From an uncultured Gemmatimonadales bacterium (lineage in GTDB: Bacteria > Gemmatimonadota > Gemmatimonadetes > Longimicrobiales > RSA9), in NCBI GenBank assembly GCA_963798845.1, contig CAWCUS010000006.1, forward strand, positions 736,001-800,000: DNA of 64,000 bases, read 5' to 3'. The translations under genes and the position numbers were made by a program. Shown here piece by piece: positions 40,228 to 49,992 of this stretch (positions within the stretch are counted from its first letter, which is position 1; every line of letters begins with the position of its first letter). Below the pieces are notes generated by a model that was given only the letters and a program-made list of their open reading frames with translations, made no database searches and was not told the origin of the DNA.

Positions 40228-42921
40228 CTACTCCTCGCGCAGGGAACCGACGATCGGCACGCCGAGCCCGCGCCGGGCTGGGCCGACGGTGGCGAGCGTG
40301 GCCACCACCGCCATCGTCGCTGCGAGCAGCGGCACGAGCAGGGCGGTTCGTCCGGCGAGCGCGATTCCGCCGACCAGCCGGTCGACGATCAGGGCCAGGA
40401 GCATGCCGGCGGTCACGCCGATCGCCACCTGGGCGGCGACGCGAGAGAACATGGTGCGGACGACCTGCCGCGGCGTGGCCCCTAGCGCGGAGCGTATGCC
40501 GATCTCGCGCCGGCGCCGGGTCACGGCGAACGACGTCATCGCGTACACGCCCGCGGCGGAGAGCAGCAGCACGGCGATCAGGACCGAGATCAGCGCCAGC
40601 GCTATCAACTGCGCGGCCATGGTGCCCTGCCGGTCGGTATCGGCGAGGGAGAACACCCTGCCGAGTCGGAGCCCGGGATCCGCGGACACCACGATCTCGC
40701 GCATCCGGGCCGACACCCCCGTCCGCTCCGGGCCGCGCAGCCGCACCGCGAGCGTCGCGCTGTTCACCTGCTCCGGCGAAACGGCGTAGACAACCTCGGA
40801 CGGCACGCTGTCGGGGTTCACGGAATTCGTTCGGAGGTTCGCGACGACCCCGACGATGGTGTGCCACCGCTCCGGCTCCGCCGGCCCCGTCCGGCCGCTG
40901 TCCGGGACCCAGCGCAGACGGCGGCCCACCGCCTCGCCACCGCCGAGCACCCGACGCACGAACGACTCGGTCACCACGACGCCACCCGCGGACCAGGCGG
41001 TGTCCACCGGGCCAAGCGCTCGACCTGCGAGCAAGCGCGCATCGAACAGATCGAGGAGATCCGCATCTCCGCCGAGCGAGCGCACGACGTACCCCGACGG
41101 CGACGTGGGCGGGGCGGGAACGCCGTCCACCACGACCCGGTCCGCATGGCCAGGCAACGTTGCCCGGAAGCTGGCGCCCGCGACATCGGGCTCCAGCTCC
41201 AGCCGCCGCAACACCTCTTTCAAAGTCTCGCCGAACCCGGTCGCCCCGGACCCCGGTTCCTCCTCGCCGCTGAGCTCGGCCACCAGGAACTGGTTCGCCG
41301 AATAGGTAGGCCGCGTCGCCCACTCCTTGCTGATGTCGCTCCACCCGTCCGCCAGCAGGTTGGGAAGCACCGCCACCGCCATGGCCACCTGTGCGACCAC
41401 CAGCGCCGTCCATGTCCGCCCCAGGCGCATCCCGGTCCCGCCGCCGAGCTGGCGCAGGTCGGACTGGAGCTCGCGGCCGGTCGCCTGGAAGGCCGGCACC
41501 ACGCCAATGATCACAGCGGAAAACACCGCCAGCCCGACCGTGAAGAGGACGGTGAGCGGCTGCAGCCCGTGGTCGACCCAGAAGGGCGTGCCCACCTCCG
41601 TCTCCATGTCCAGCATCCGGTAGCCGAGCTGTACGCCGACCTGCGCCAGCAGCAGTCCGGCCCCCGCGGCGACCAGGGCCAGGACCAGCGCTTCCGCGAA
41701 GAACTGGGCGGCAATGCGCAGACGGCTCGCTCCCAGCGCCGCGCGCACCGTGATCTCACCGCGCCGGGTCGCCGTTCGAGCATAGAAGAGAACCGCCACG
41801 TTTGCTGCCACGACGAGCAGCAGCAGCGTCATGAAGAGCTGCATGACCACCGTCTGCCATGCGCTGATCCCCTGCACGTCGGCGAGGGACTGCGTGTACG
41901 GCATGACCATCGGCCGCATCATGGCGTCCGTCCCCGCGTCCGCCTCGGCGGGGCTGACCGACAGCTCTGCCTGGGCCTCGCTCATGCCGATGCCGGGCGC
42001 GAGCCGACCGAAGACGTATACTTCCGGCCCGCCGAGGGCGGCGACGTTCGGATCGATCGGGAGCGCGATCCAGTACTGGTGGTTCTCCGGAAAATAGAAC
42101 CCCTTCGGCATCACGCCGACGATCGTGTACCTCGTCCCGCCGAGTTGGAGCTCCTTGCCGACGGCGGCCGGGTCGCCGCCGAACCGCGCCAGCCACACGT
42201 CGTGGCCGATCACGACCGCGGGCCGAGCGCCGTTCTGCTCATCCGCCGGAACCAGCGTCCGGCCGAGCAACGGCGGCACACGCGCCACCGAGAAACCGGA
42301 CGCCGTCATCTCGGCCACCTGCACCACGACCGGTGGACCATCGCCAGGAATCAGATTGCGCGCGACCGTTCGGAACGCCCCGAGCTGCTCCACCGTGTGC
42401 AGCTGCTCGCGCCACCTGAGGAAATCGTGGAGCACACGGCGATCCTCGTTGCTCGTCCGCACATCGCGGTTCTCCAGCGCGACAATGCTGTCGCCCTCGT
42501 CCAGGGGGAGCGCCGGATACACGTAGGCGCGGAGGATCGTGAAGAACCCGACGCTCACCGCCACACCGACAGCGAGCCCGAACCCGCCCACCAACGTCAG
42601 CCCCGGGTACTTGGCCAGCATGCGGGCCCCGAGCTTCGCGTCCAGCCACGAGAAGCGGATCTGGTCGAACTTGTGGAGCCCCCGCGACGCCCGGGCCTCA
42701 TCCCGCAGAGCTTCCAGCGGACCGAACTCGAGCCGTGCTTGCCGGGCCGCTTCTTCTCGCGCCATTCCTCGCGCGACCAGGTCCTCGGCCCGAAGCTCAA
42801 TGTGGTGCCGGAACTCCTCCACCATTTCCGCCTCGACCTCGTCCCTCCGCCGAAGTCCGCGCCACATCGAACGGAAACGGGCGACGACGCCGGTGAGCGG
42901 CGTTGAATGCCATACGCCCAT
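40228..42921 (-). CDS. duplicated ABC permease (ADOP-like) with N-terminal permease-prefix domain
   Basis: EEFRHHIELRAEDL..ARLEFG, LVVAANVAVL, RRREIGIRSALGA. Confidence 0.9.
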   Translation of the reverse strand: MGVWHSTPLTGVVARFRSMWRGLRRRDEVEAEMVEEFRHHIELRAEDLVARGMAREEAARQARLEFGPLEALRDEARASRGLHKFDQIRFSWLDAKLGARMLAKYPGLTLVGGFGLAVGVAVSVGFFTILRAYVYPALPLDEGDSIVALENRDVRTSNEDRRVLHDFLRWREQLHTVEQLGAFRTVARNLIPGDGPPVVVQVAEMTASGFSVARVPPLLGRTLVPADEQNGARPAVVIGHDVWLARFGGDPAAVGKELQLGGTRYTIVGVMPKGFYFPENHQYWIALPIDPNVAALGGPEVYVFGRLAPGIGMSEAQAELSVSPAEADAGTDAMMRPMVMPYTQSLADVQGISAWQTVVMQLFMTLLLLVVAANVAVLFYARTATRRGEITVRAALGASRLRIAAQFFAEALVLALVAAGAGLLLAQVGVQLGYRMLDMETEVGTPFWVDHGLQPLTVLFTVGLAVFSAVIIGVVPAFQATGRELQSDLRQLGGGTGMRLGRTWTALVVAQVAMAVAVLPNLLADGWSDISKEWATRPTYSANQFLVAELSGEEEPGSGATGFGETLKEVLRRLELEPDVAGASFRATLPGHADRVVVDGVPAPPTSPSGYVVRSLGGDADLLDLFDARLLAGRALGPVDTAWSAGGVVVTESFVRRVLGGGEAVGRRLRWVPDSGRTGPAEPERWHTIVGVVANLRTNSVNPDSVPSEVVYAVSPEQVNSATLAVRLRGPERTGVSARMREIVVSADPGLRLGRVFSLADTDRQGTMAAQLIALALISVLIAVLLLSAAGVYAMTSFAVTRRRREIGIRSALGATPRQVVRTMFSRVAAQVAIGVTAGMLLALIVDRLVGGIALAGRTALLVPLLAATMAVVATLATVGPARRGLGVPIVGSLREE

Positions 42922-42923
42922 GT

Positions 42924-43016
42924 TCAGATCGCCTCCGGCGTCGCTTTCAACGCTGCCGTCATGGCGGCCACCAGGCGACGCCAGCTCGCTTCCGCTTCAC
43001 TCGACCGCCGGCTCAC
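42924..43016 (-). pseudogene. padR: internally deleted padR (30-aa remnant)
   Basis: GTG..VSRRSSEAEASWRRLVAAMTAALKATPEAI resembles the PadR C-terminal helix; RBS AGGAG; stop 2 nt before the permease ATG. Confidence 0.6.
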
Positions 43017-43023
43017 GGCCTTC

Positions 43024-43073
43024 TCTCCTATCTGATTTAGGAGAAGGTTGATCCCCTTCTCCCAGGCTGTCAA
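43024..43073 (-). promoter_or_regulatory. sigma70 promoter with PadR-like operator
   Basis: TTGACA(43073)-N17-CAACCT(43050), then palindrome TCTCCTA-N7-TAGGAGA (43024-43044). Confidence 0.7.
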
Positions 43074-43122
43074 GGGGAGCGGCACCCGGGACTCGGGAAC
43101 GTACCCTTTCGCATCCGGCCTT

Positions 43123-44178
43123 TCAGCGCACCCCGACCTGAACGATTCCCGGACCGGCGCCGGTCGGGGGGAAGATGTCGGCGTTCGCGATGAGCACGGT
43201 CGCGGGGCCGCTCCTTCCCCCTCCCATGGCGATGCCGGTGGGATCGTCGAACAGGACCAGATCGCTCGTGACGCCAGTCACCTCCCCGGTCCTCGGATCG
43301 ACGCGATTCACGGCGGGGATCCCGAGGAGATTGGCGCCCGCGTTGACGAAGTAGAGCGGGCCGACGAGTGGAGCGGCGAGTCCGTCGATGCCGAGTACAC
43401 CGGATGCGAGTATCGCCGGCGCACCGGCGCCGCCGCGGCGTCGGATCGGTATGCTCACAATGGTACCGCGGGAGCTGTTGGCGACGAAGATCCCGCCGCG
43501 AACCTGATAGGCGATGCCGTTGGCTCCGGGGAGGGGTGGGAACCCCGGAACGGGCGTCGGAGCGAGGAGCGGGTCCTGGATCCACAGATCGAAGGTGCCG
43601 CCACGAGGGCACCGCCAGACGGCGCCGGCCAGGCTGTCGGTGGCGTAGAGGTTCTCGAAGACGTCGAACGTGAGGCCGTTGGGGAATGGGATGTCTTCGG
43701 ATCCGGAAAGGCGTTGTACGGTCGAGCCGTCGCGCGATAGACGGTACACGCCCCTCGTCGCGGGGTCTCCAGAGGCGAAAGCGGCGTAAACGTCGTCCGA
43801 TCTGTCGATGGCGATCCCGAGCACGCCCGCTCCGCCCGAGGCGGCTGGTCCGAGGTCGGCGATCACGTCCAGGTCGCCATCGCGGTCGATTCGCACGATC
43901 TCGTTGCGGAGGAAGACGCCCGAGGCCGGGTCGCGATACCGGCGCCCGACCCATATCCGGCCGAGGCGGTCGAGGGCGAGGTTCTCCGGCGAATAGCCCG
44001 GTAGGGAGGCGATCGGACGCACCGCGCCGTCGTCGAGGGCAAGCTGGGCAGCCGGCGTCGCCGCAGCGGTGGGAAGGGCCGCCGCGTCGACGGTCGTCGG
44101 GCCTGCGTCCGAGCAGGCGGCAGCGAAGATCAGCAGCAGGAGCGCACGTTCCGGTCGGGGGTCGGGACTCCTCGGCAT
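43123..44178 (-). CDS. SMP-30/gluconolactonase-like beta-propeller lipoprotein
   Basis: RBS GAGGAGG, AAA-C lipobox, PENLALD, FPNGLTFD, GANGIA, GIDGLA. Confidence 0.8.
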   Translation of the reverse strand: MPRSPDPRPERALLLLIFAAACSDAGPTTVDAAALPTAAATPAAQLALDDGAVRPIASLPGYSPENLALDRLGRIWVGRRYRDPASGVFLRNEIVRIDRDGDLDVIADLGPAASGGAGVLGIAIDRSDDVYAAFASGDPATRGVYRLSRDGSTVQRLSGSEDIPFPNGLTFDVFENLYATDSLAGAVWRCPRGGTFDLWIQDPLLAPTPVPGFPPLPGANGIAYQVRGGIFVANSSRGTIVSIPIRRRGGAGAPAILASGVLGIDGLAAPLVGPLYFVNAGANLLGIPAVNRVDPRTGEVTGVTSDLVLFDDPTGIAMGGGRSGPATVLIANADIFPPTGAGPGIVQVGVR

Positions 44179-44278
44179 CGTTTACCTCCTCTGGTTGCGG
44201 TGCGACCTTGGAGAGCAGGCCGGATCGTTTCGTCGGGATCCGGCTGCGAGCTGTCCCCCATGAGGCCTGACCGGAGCC

Positions 44279-46072
44279 ATGATAGCGGGCGGACCCTTAC
44301 CGGAGTCTTACGAGGAGCAGCGCTCTCGGTCGGCAGCGCGTGAGCCGGCGCCGCTCCAGGTGGTCCTGTTCGGACCGGGGCGTCTGTGGCGCTCCGACGG
44401 CGTGGTCCGTCAGGTGGTGGTCCAGCCGAAGGCGTTCGCCGTTCTGGCCCGGCTGGCGCTTACGCCGGGCAACGGGCTCGTCCGACGCGATGCCCTGCTG
44501 GCCCTGCTGTGGCCGGAGGTCGACACCGTAAAGGGACGTAATGCGCTCAGCCAGGCGCTGCACCGTCTGCGGCGGCACCTCGGGCCGGGTGCGATCGTCA
44601 GCCGCGGCCGGGAGGAAGTTGGGCTTTCGGAACGGGTCTGGTGTGATGTCCGCCGTTTCCGCGAGGCACTCGCGGGCGACGAGCTTCCCGCGGCACTGGC
44701 CCTCGTCCGCGGCTCGCTCCTCGAGGCCTTCCACGTCTCCAGCGCCAGCGCGTTCGAGCACTGGCTTGATGTCCAGCGGCACGACGTGAGGGAGGCCGCG
44801 TTCGGTGCGGCACTCACGCTCGCCGAGCGCCAGGAGGCGGCAGGTCGAGCGGCCGAGGCCAGCAGGTGGCTGCGTCGTGCGGTCGACATCTGTCCGGAGG
44901 ATGATACCACGCTCCAGCGGCTGATCCGGAGCCTGCGACGAATCGGCGACACGGCGGGGGCGATCCGCGCATACGATGCCGCGGCGGCGAAGCTGTGGGT
45001 GGATTTCGAATCGGAGCCGAGCCGGTCGACCCGTGCCCTGGCGGAGGAGCTCCGGAGGACGCATCGCGCGCCGGATCCGGGAGCACGGCAGGCCTTCCTG
45101 CGCGGTCGCCACATGAGCGGCGTTCCGGGGCAGGCGGAGGCGGCACTATCGAGCTTCGGGCGTGCGATAGCGCGCGATCCGGACTACCCGGAGGCCCATG
45201 CCGGGGTCGCGGAGTGCCTGGCCACGCTGGCCCTTCTGGGTCACCTGTCGCGCGAGCAGGCCGCCGACCGGCTCGAAGCAGCCGCGCGACGGGCGATGGA
45301 GCTCGGTCCCGAGCAGAGTGACCCCCACGTCGCTCAGGGGGTGGGCAGACTCGTGTTCTCGCGAGATTGGGACGGCGCCGAACGCGCGTTCCGGCGCGCG
45401 GTCGAGCTTGATCCGTTGAGCGCCCGCGCGCACGCCCACCTGGCCTTCTTCCTCAGCACGATGGGCTGGCTGGAAGAGGGGGTCGTCCAGGCTTCGCGCG
45501 CCGTGGAGCTGGACCCGCTCGACCCTCTGGCTTCTTTTCTGCACGGGTTCGCGCTCTACCGGGCCCGCCGCTACGAGGCGTCCCTGGAAGAGCTGCTGGC
45601 GCTGGTGGAGCTGGAGCCGCATCACTCACTCGCCCGTATGTTCGTGGCCGAGAACGATCTCAGGCTCGGGCGAACGGATGCCGCGATCCAGGCGGCACGG
45701 TCGGCCGCGACTCTCATGCCCGAGGACCCGTTGCTCACGGGCATCTGCGCCTCCATCCTCGGCTTCGCCGGCGAGCATCGGGAGGCCCGCGCATTGCTCG
45801 AGCGGCTCGGTCAGCTCGCCGGTCGACGGTACGTCAACCCTCACTTCGTGGCCGCCGCCCATGCCGGCCTCGGCGAGCTCGATCAGGCGTTTCGCATCTG
45901 GGATTCCATGGTCGACGACGGCGCCCCCGGTGCCTTCCTCCTCCGGACCGATCCGCTGTTCGACCCGGTACGATCCGATCCGCGGTTCGCGTCGCTCATG
46001 GAGCGACTCCGGTTCCCCATACTGGCGGGTGGCGCTCCTGAATTCCATGAAGGTCATCAGGAGCGGGGGTAG
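44279..46072 (+). CDS. SARP/BTAD-domain transcriptional regulator with TPR repeats
   Basis: RDALLALLWPE..RNALSQALHRLRR, CDVRRF, FEHWLD, multiple TPRs, DPLFDPVRSDPRF. Confidence 0.85.
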   Translation: MIAGGPLPESYEEQRSRSAAREPAPLQVVLFGPGRLWRSDGVVRQVVVQPKAFAVLARLALTPGNGLVRRDALLALLWPEVDTVKGRNALSQALHRLRRHLGPGAIVSRGREEVGLSERVWCDVRRFREALAGDELPAALALVRGSLLEAFHVSSASAFEHWLDVQRHDVREAAFGAALTLAERQEAAGRAAEASRWLRRAVDICPEDDTTLQRLIRSLRRIGDTAGAIRAYDAAAAKLWVDFESEPSRSTRALAEELRRTHRAPDPGARQAFLRGRHMSGVPGQAEAALSSFGRAIARDPDYPEAHAGVAECLATLALLGHLSREQAADRLEAAARRAMELGPEQSDPHVAQGVGRLVFSRDWDGAERAFRRAVELDPLSARAHAHLAFFLSTMGWLEEGVVQASRAVELDPLDPLASFLHGFALYRARRYEASLEELLALVELEPHHSLARMFVAENDLRLGRTDAAIQAARSAATLMPEDPLLTGICASILGFAGEHREARALLERLGQLAGRRYVNPHFVAAAHAGLGELDQAFRIWDSMVDDGAPGAFLLRTDPLFDPVRSDPRFASLMERLRFPILAGGAPEFHEGHQERG

Positions 46073-46144
46073 CGGTCCCGAGACGTGATCTCGGGAGTGT
46101 GCAGCGCTTCTGCCGTGCGGCCTCCCGGGCGGCCGCCGGATCCA

Positions 46145-47659
46145 TCACAACGATAGAGGTCGGCCGGCCAGCGGCGTCGCGGCTCGAGTGCCCAGGAGGT
46201 CCAGGATGGTCGGCGCCAGGTCGAGGATGTGCGCGTCGGCGCGGATGCGGCTGCCCGCGGATATCCCGTCGCCCTGCGCGACCAGGAAGCCCTCGGGCCG
46301 ATGGTTGCCGCTTCGCGCATTGGGGATGCGGCCGGGGGTGCTCCGCTCGACACGCCCGTAGCGCTCAGACTCAACCGCCGAATGGCTTGCAGCCGGCGTC
46401 TCATCCCACAGGACCAGGAGGTCCGGCAGGCGTGTTGTGCGGTCGGCATCCATGAACACGTCGCTGGCGCGACGGACGTCTGTCAGGAACGGTTCGCCGG
46501 TCTGCGCGTCCCTGAACGAGCGGAGCCCCTGCTCCAGCCGCTCGCACAGTTCGCCGTAGGCGGCGGAGGACACGATGCCCTCGGCCTCGCGACCCGCCAG
46601 GTTTATCCGGACGTAGCCCTGAAGGTCGGCGCGCAGCGTGAACGCAGGTGTGTTGCTCCAGTCGATCCCGCCGGCGGTCCACCGGGTCATCAGGAAGGCC
46701 TGCACCGGGAGGGGGAGGGCCCGCGTCAGTCGTCGCCGAAAACCCAGCGGGAGCGCCTCGCCCAGACGGCGCATCCGCCCGGGCTTCGGCAGCTCGGCAT
46801 CCCTGCCGCGCAGCACACGGGTGAGCATGCCATCGAGGAGGTCCGAGCGGGACGTGTTCGCCATCATCCCGTGGACGGAGAAGACCATGACCGTCGCATC
46901 GGGCGACGCGGCAACCAGCTCGCCCACCGCGCGGTCGCAGGCCTGGTACAGGTCGCGGAGCGCGCCGTCGAAGGCCGCGCCATCCTGGCCGTCCAGGGAT
47001 CCGCGCAGGCTGGAGCGGTCCCATAACCGGTGACCGCCCCGGTGCAGGGCGCCGAAGACGACCAGCCCGAGATCCCAGTCGCGTTCGAGGAGCCACTTCG
47101 CCAGCTCCTTCGAGCGGTCGATGTCCTGCAGCAACCGTCGGCGGAGGTCGAGAAGCTCGGATGGGGACGAACGACCGTACCCCTCCGCTTCCATCGGCCA
47201 CTCACCGAATTTCGCCCGGATCTGGTCGAGCAGATCGGGTGGATGCGAGCGTGCCGCCGTCAGGCTGTCGTGCCCCGCCCAGCCGGTGATCTCGATTCCG
47301 GAGGCCGATTGGCAGCCCAGGGCCATCGGGACATCGTAGGCCACGACGCGGACCTCATCCTCGAGCTGGCGCCAGAACGGGATGTTCGGCAACCAGTCCC
47401 AGGATGGGCGCGCATACCCCATGTGCTCATGGCGCCACTGGAAGTCGTGGTAAATGCCGTGACTGGACGGAGGCCGACCGGTGTAGAAGGTCGGCCAGGG
47501 CGAGCCTGAGAGGTAGCGGGCGGAGCTCTGCAGGCGACCGTAGGCGCCCGCCGCCTTCAGCCGGGCCAGATTGGGAAGCACCCCTTCCTCGGTCCAGCGC
47601 TCCACCAGGAGGGGATCGCCCGCATCGAGGCCGATCAGCAGCACGCGACGATTTCTCAT
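46145..47659 (-). CDS. alkaline phosphatase superfamily protein (type I phosphodiesterase/nucleotide pyrophosphatase-like)
   Basis: LIGLDAG, PWPTFYTG, FSVHGM, VRINLAGRE, GNHRPEG, DLAPTIL. Confidence 0.88.
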   Translation of the reverse strand: MRNRRVLLIGLDAGDPLLVERWTEEGVLPNLARLKAAGAYGRLQSSARYLSGSPWPTFYTGRPPSSHGIYHDFQWRHEHMGYARPSWDWLPNIPFWRQLEDEVRVVAYDVPMALGCQSASGIEITGWAGHDSLTAARSHPPDLLDQIRAKFGEWPMEAEGYGRSSPSELLDLRRRLLQDIDRSKELAKWLLERDWDLGLVVFGALHRGGHRLWDRSSLRGSLDGQDGAAFDGALRDLYQACDRAVGELVAASPDATVMVFSVHGMMANTSRSDLLDGMLTRVLRGRDAELPKPGRMRRLGEALPLGFRRRLTRALPLPVQAFLMTRWTAGGIDWSNTPAFTLRADLQGYVRINLAGREAEGIVSSAAYGELCERLEQGLRSFRDAQTGEPFLTDVRRASDVFMDADRTTRLPDLLVLWDETPAASHSAVESERYGRVERSTPGRIPNARSGNHRPEGFLVAQGDGISAGSRIRADAHILDLAPTILDLLGTRAATPLAGRPLSL

Positions 47660-47729
47660 GGCGGCATCTTACACTGGCACGTTGCGGGAAGAAACAGGTC
47701 TCAGCGCCGCCGCGTCATCACTCGCCCGA

Positions 47730-48743
47730 TCATCCCGCGCCTGCGTCAGGCGATATTCGCCGCAGCAAGGCGTTCACGAGCTCGTCGACGCCCGCGGCGG
47801 CGAAGCGCTCGAACCGGCCGAGTCGATCCCGATGGTCCCGGTAGCTCAGCCCGGGGAACTCTCCCATAGCCATCCGCACCGACTCGTTCCCGCCCAGCAG
47901 ATGATAGGGTTCCCGGCGCACCCGTTCGGCGATGCCCGCCTCCATGAGCTCGGTGCCAAGGACCTCGTTCAGCCGATCCATCTCACGCTGAGCGCCATGG
48001 CATAACCCGGCATAGTCAATGGCAAGGAGCGGCAGGCGCTCGCGACGCGCGTACAGGACCAGCGAGACGTTGTACAGAGCCCAGGCCGTGATGGCGTAAA
48101 GCGTTCCGTGTCCCCGCGACTTGTACGAGCTCGCGACTTCCGCGCAGTCACGCACCAGGTGTATGACGGTCACGTCGATCCCGGACTGGAGGAGCGCGTC
48201 CAGGCTCTTCATCGACTTGGAGGAATCCACGACGAACTCGAGGCCGGGATGGTTCCGGGCGGCCGCCAGGAAGGCGCCTTCCAGGAGGCGGGCGTACCGC
48301 GTCCGGCGGTGGCGCTGTCGTTTCCGCCGAGGGTGGAGAGGGTTCAGGATCCGGAGCAGCAGACGGAGATTCGACAACGAGAACCCGGGATCGACATCGA
48401 GGCGCTCTTCGTCCCGATTCTGCGCCAGTACCGGCGACCAGAAGGAGCAGACCTCGAAGCGCTGGCCGCACGTGCAGACCCGAAACCCCTCGACGTCGCG
48501 CCTGGCCGGATCGCGGTGGTGCCTGAACTGGTCGGGCTCGCCCAGGTAGGCGGCCCCGGGATCGGTGCCGAGAAGCAGCCCCAACAACGTGGACCCGCTG
48601 TAGCTGGATGCCGCGATGAAGACGACTTTCGTCCCGGAGCCGTCCCGGGGACGCGGACCGTCGGCCACGGAAGGATGGCGCCCGAGCACTACCGGCACTG
48701 GCTCCGAACGCCGGGGTGTCCCGTCTCCGCCGTGATACCCCAT
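47730..48743 (-). CDS. sulfotransferase
   Basis: PAPS-binding SYSGSTLL, CTCG..CSFW, VVDSSK, IHLVRD; start uncertain. Confidence 0.8.
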   Translation of the reverse strand: MGYHGGDGTPRRSEPVPVVLGRHPSVADGPRPRDGSGTKVVFIAASSYSGSTLLGLLLGTDPGAAYLGEPDQFRHHRDPARRDVEGFRVCTCGQRFEVCSFWSPVLAQNRDEERLDVDPGFSLSNLRLLLRILNPLHPRRKRQRHRRTRYARLLEGAFLAAARNHPGLEFVVDSSKSMKSLDALLQSGIDVTVIHLVRDCAEVASSYKSRGHGTLYAITAWALYNVSLVLYARRERLPLLAIDYAGLCHGAQREMDRLNEVLGTELMEAGIAERVRREPYHLLGGNESVRMAMGEFPGLSYRDHRDRLGRFERFAAAGVDELVNALLRRISPDAGAG

Positions 48744-48894
48744 GTTCCGATGCCGGTGGTATATTGGCTGCCGCGCCGTCGTCGGCCCAGCGCCCGACCG
48801 GGAGCGGATCGGGGGTGTGGAGACCGTCCGGCGGGCGAGCGACCGGTCTGATTCATGGCGGAATCTTACACCCAGCCTGGCGATCGCCAAACCA

Positions 48895-49992
48895 ATGTCC
48901 ATGCAGCACGAGACGGCGCGAGGGGCTCGCGGGGCTCGCAACCGCAGCATCCGTACGGGGCTGGTGGGGTGCGGGCACATGGGAACCCGCCACCTGGACT
49001 GCCTTCGGCGGGTCCCCGGGGTGGTCGTCACCGGCCTCTGCGACAGCGACCCGAGGCTTGCGGCCGCCGCCGCCGCTGCGCATCCCGGAGGCGCGCCTTA
49101 CCCCGGCATCGAGGCGATGCTCGCCGCCGACCCCCCCGATGTCGTGCACATCGTCACACCGCCCGCCAGCCACCATGCCCTGGCCAGGAAGGCGCTCGAG
49201 GCTGGATGCCACGTCCTCGTGGAGAAGCCGATGGCGCTGAACGCCCGCGAGGCCGACGACATGGTCGAAGCGGCCGGGCGCGGCGGCGCGCGTCTGTGCG
49301 TGGCTCACAACTTTCTGTTCGAGCCCGCGGTCCGTCGCGCGAGAGCAATGTGCGAGCGCGGCGCGCTGGGGACCCTCACCGCGGTCGAGATCTACTGGAG
49401 GGTACTGCGGGGCGCCGTGGACGAGCGGACGCCCGCGTGGATCCACGAGCTGCCCGGTGGCGTCTTTCAGGAGGTGGCGCCGCACGCCTTCTATCTGATG
49501 CACAGCCTTCTCGACGCTCCTCGCGTCGCGGCGGTCTCGGCGAAGGCGACCGGGACGGCCAACGGCGGGCCCGATGAGCTGCGGGTGCTGTTCGAGTCCG
49601 CCACGGCGGTGGGCTCTGTGGCGATCTCGCAGCGTTCCGAGCCGCACCTCGTCACGCTGCGGATCCACGGCACGCGTGCGAGCGTGCTGGTCGATCTGAC
49701 CACCAACGTGCTGGTGAGACTGCGGAAGCTCGGGCTCGGGAGGGTCGCGAAGGTCGGAGCCGCCCTCGATCGGAGCGCGCAATACCTGTTCGGGACCGGC
49801 GTCGCCGCGGCCCGGACCCTGGTCGGGAGGTCTCCCACCGGTCGTCAAACGCTGATCCGATCCTTCTACGACAGCCTCCGGGCAGAGGTGGCGCCTCCGG
49901 TGACTGCGGAAGATGGCCGCGCCGTGGTGGCCTCCCTCGACGAGGTGTGGAGGCGGCTCGACCTTTCCCGGGCGGCGGAGAGAGCGACGTGA
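48895..49992 (+). CDS. Gfo/Idh/MocA oxidoreductase
   Basis: GLVGCGHMG, TPPASH, HVLVEKPMA, AHNFLF. Confidence 0.9.
   Translation: MSMQHETARGARGARNRSIRTGLVGCGHMGTRHLDCLRRVPGVVVTGLCDSDPRLAAAAAAAHPGGAPYPGIEAMLAADPPDVVHIVTPPASHHALARKALEAGCHVLVEKPMALNAREADDMVEAAGRGGARLCVAHNFLFEPAVRRARAMCERGALGTLTAVEIYWRVLRGAVDERTPAWIHELPGGVFQEVAPHAFYLMHSLLDAPRVAAVSAKATGTANGGPDELRVLFESATAVGSVAISQRSEPHLVTLRIHGTRASVLVDLTTNVLVRLRKLGLGRVAKVGAALDRSAQYLFGTGVAAARTLVGRSPTGRQTLIRSFYDSLRAEVAPPVTAEDGRAVVASLDEVWRRLDLSRAAERAT

Noticed and set aside
47676..47690. sigma54 promoter at TGGCAC
   Set aside because: TTGC follows after 1 nt instead of 5; spacing is wrong
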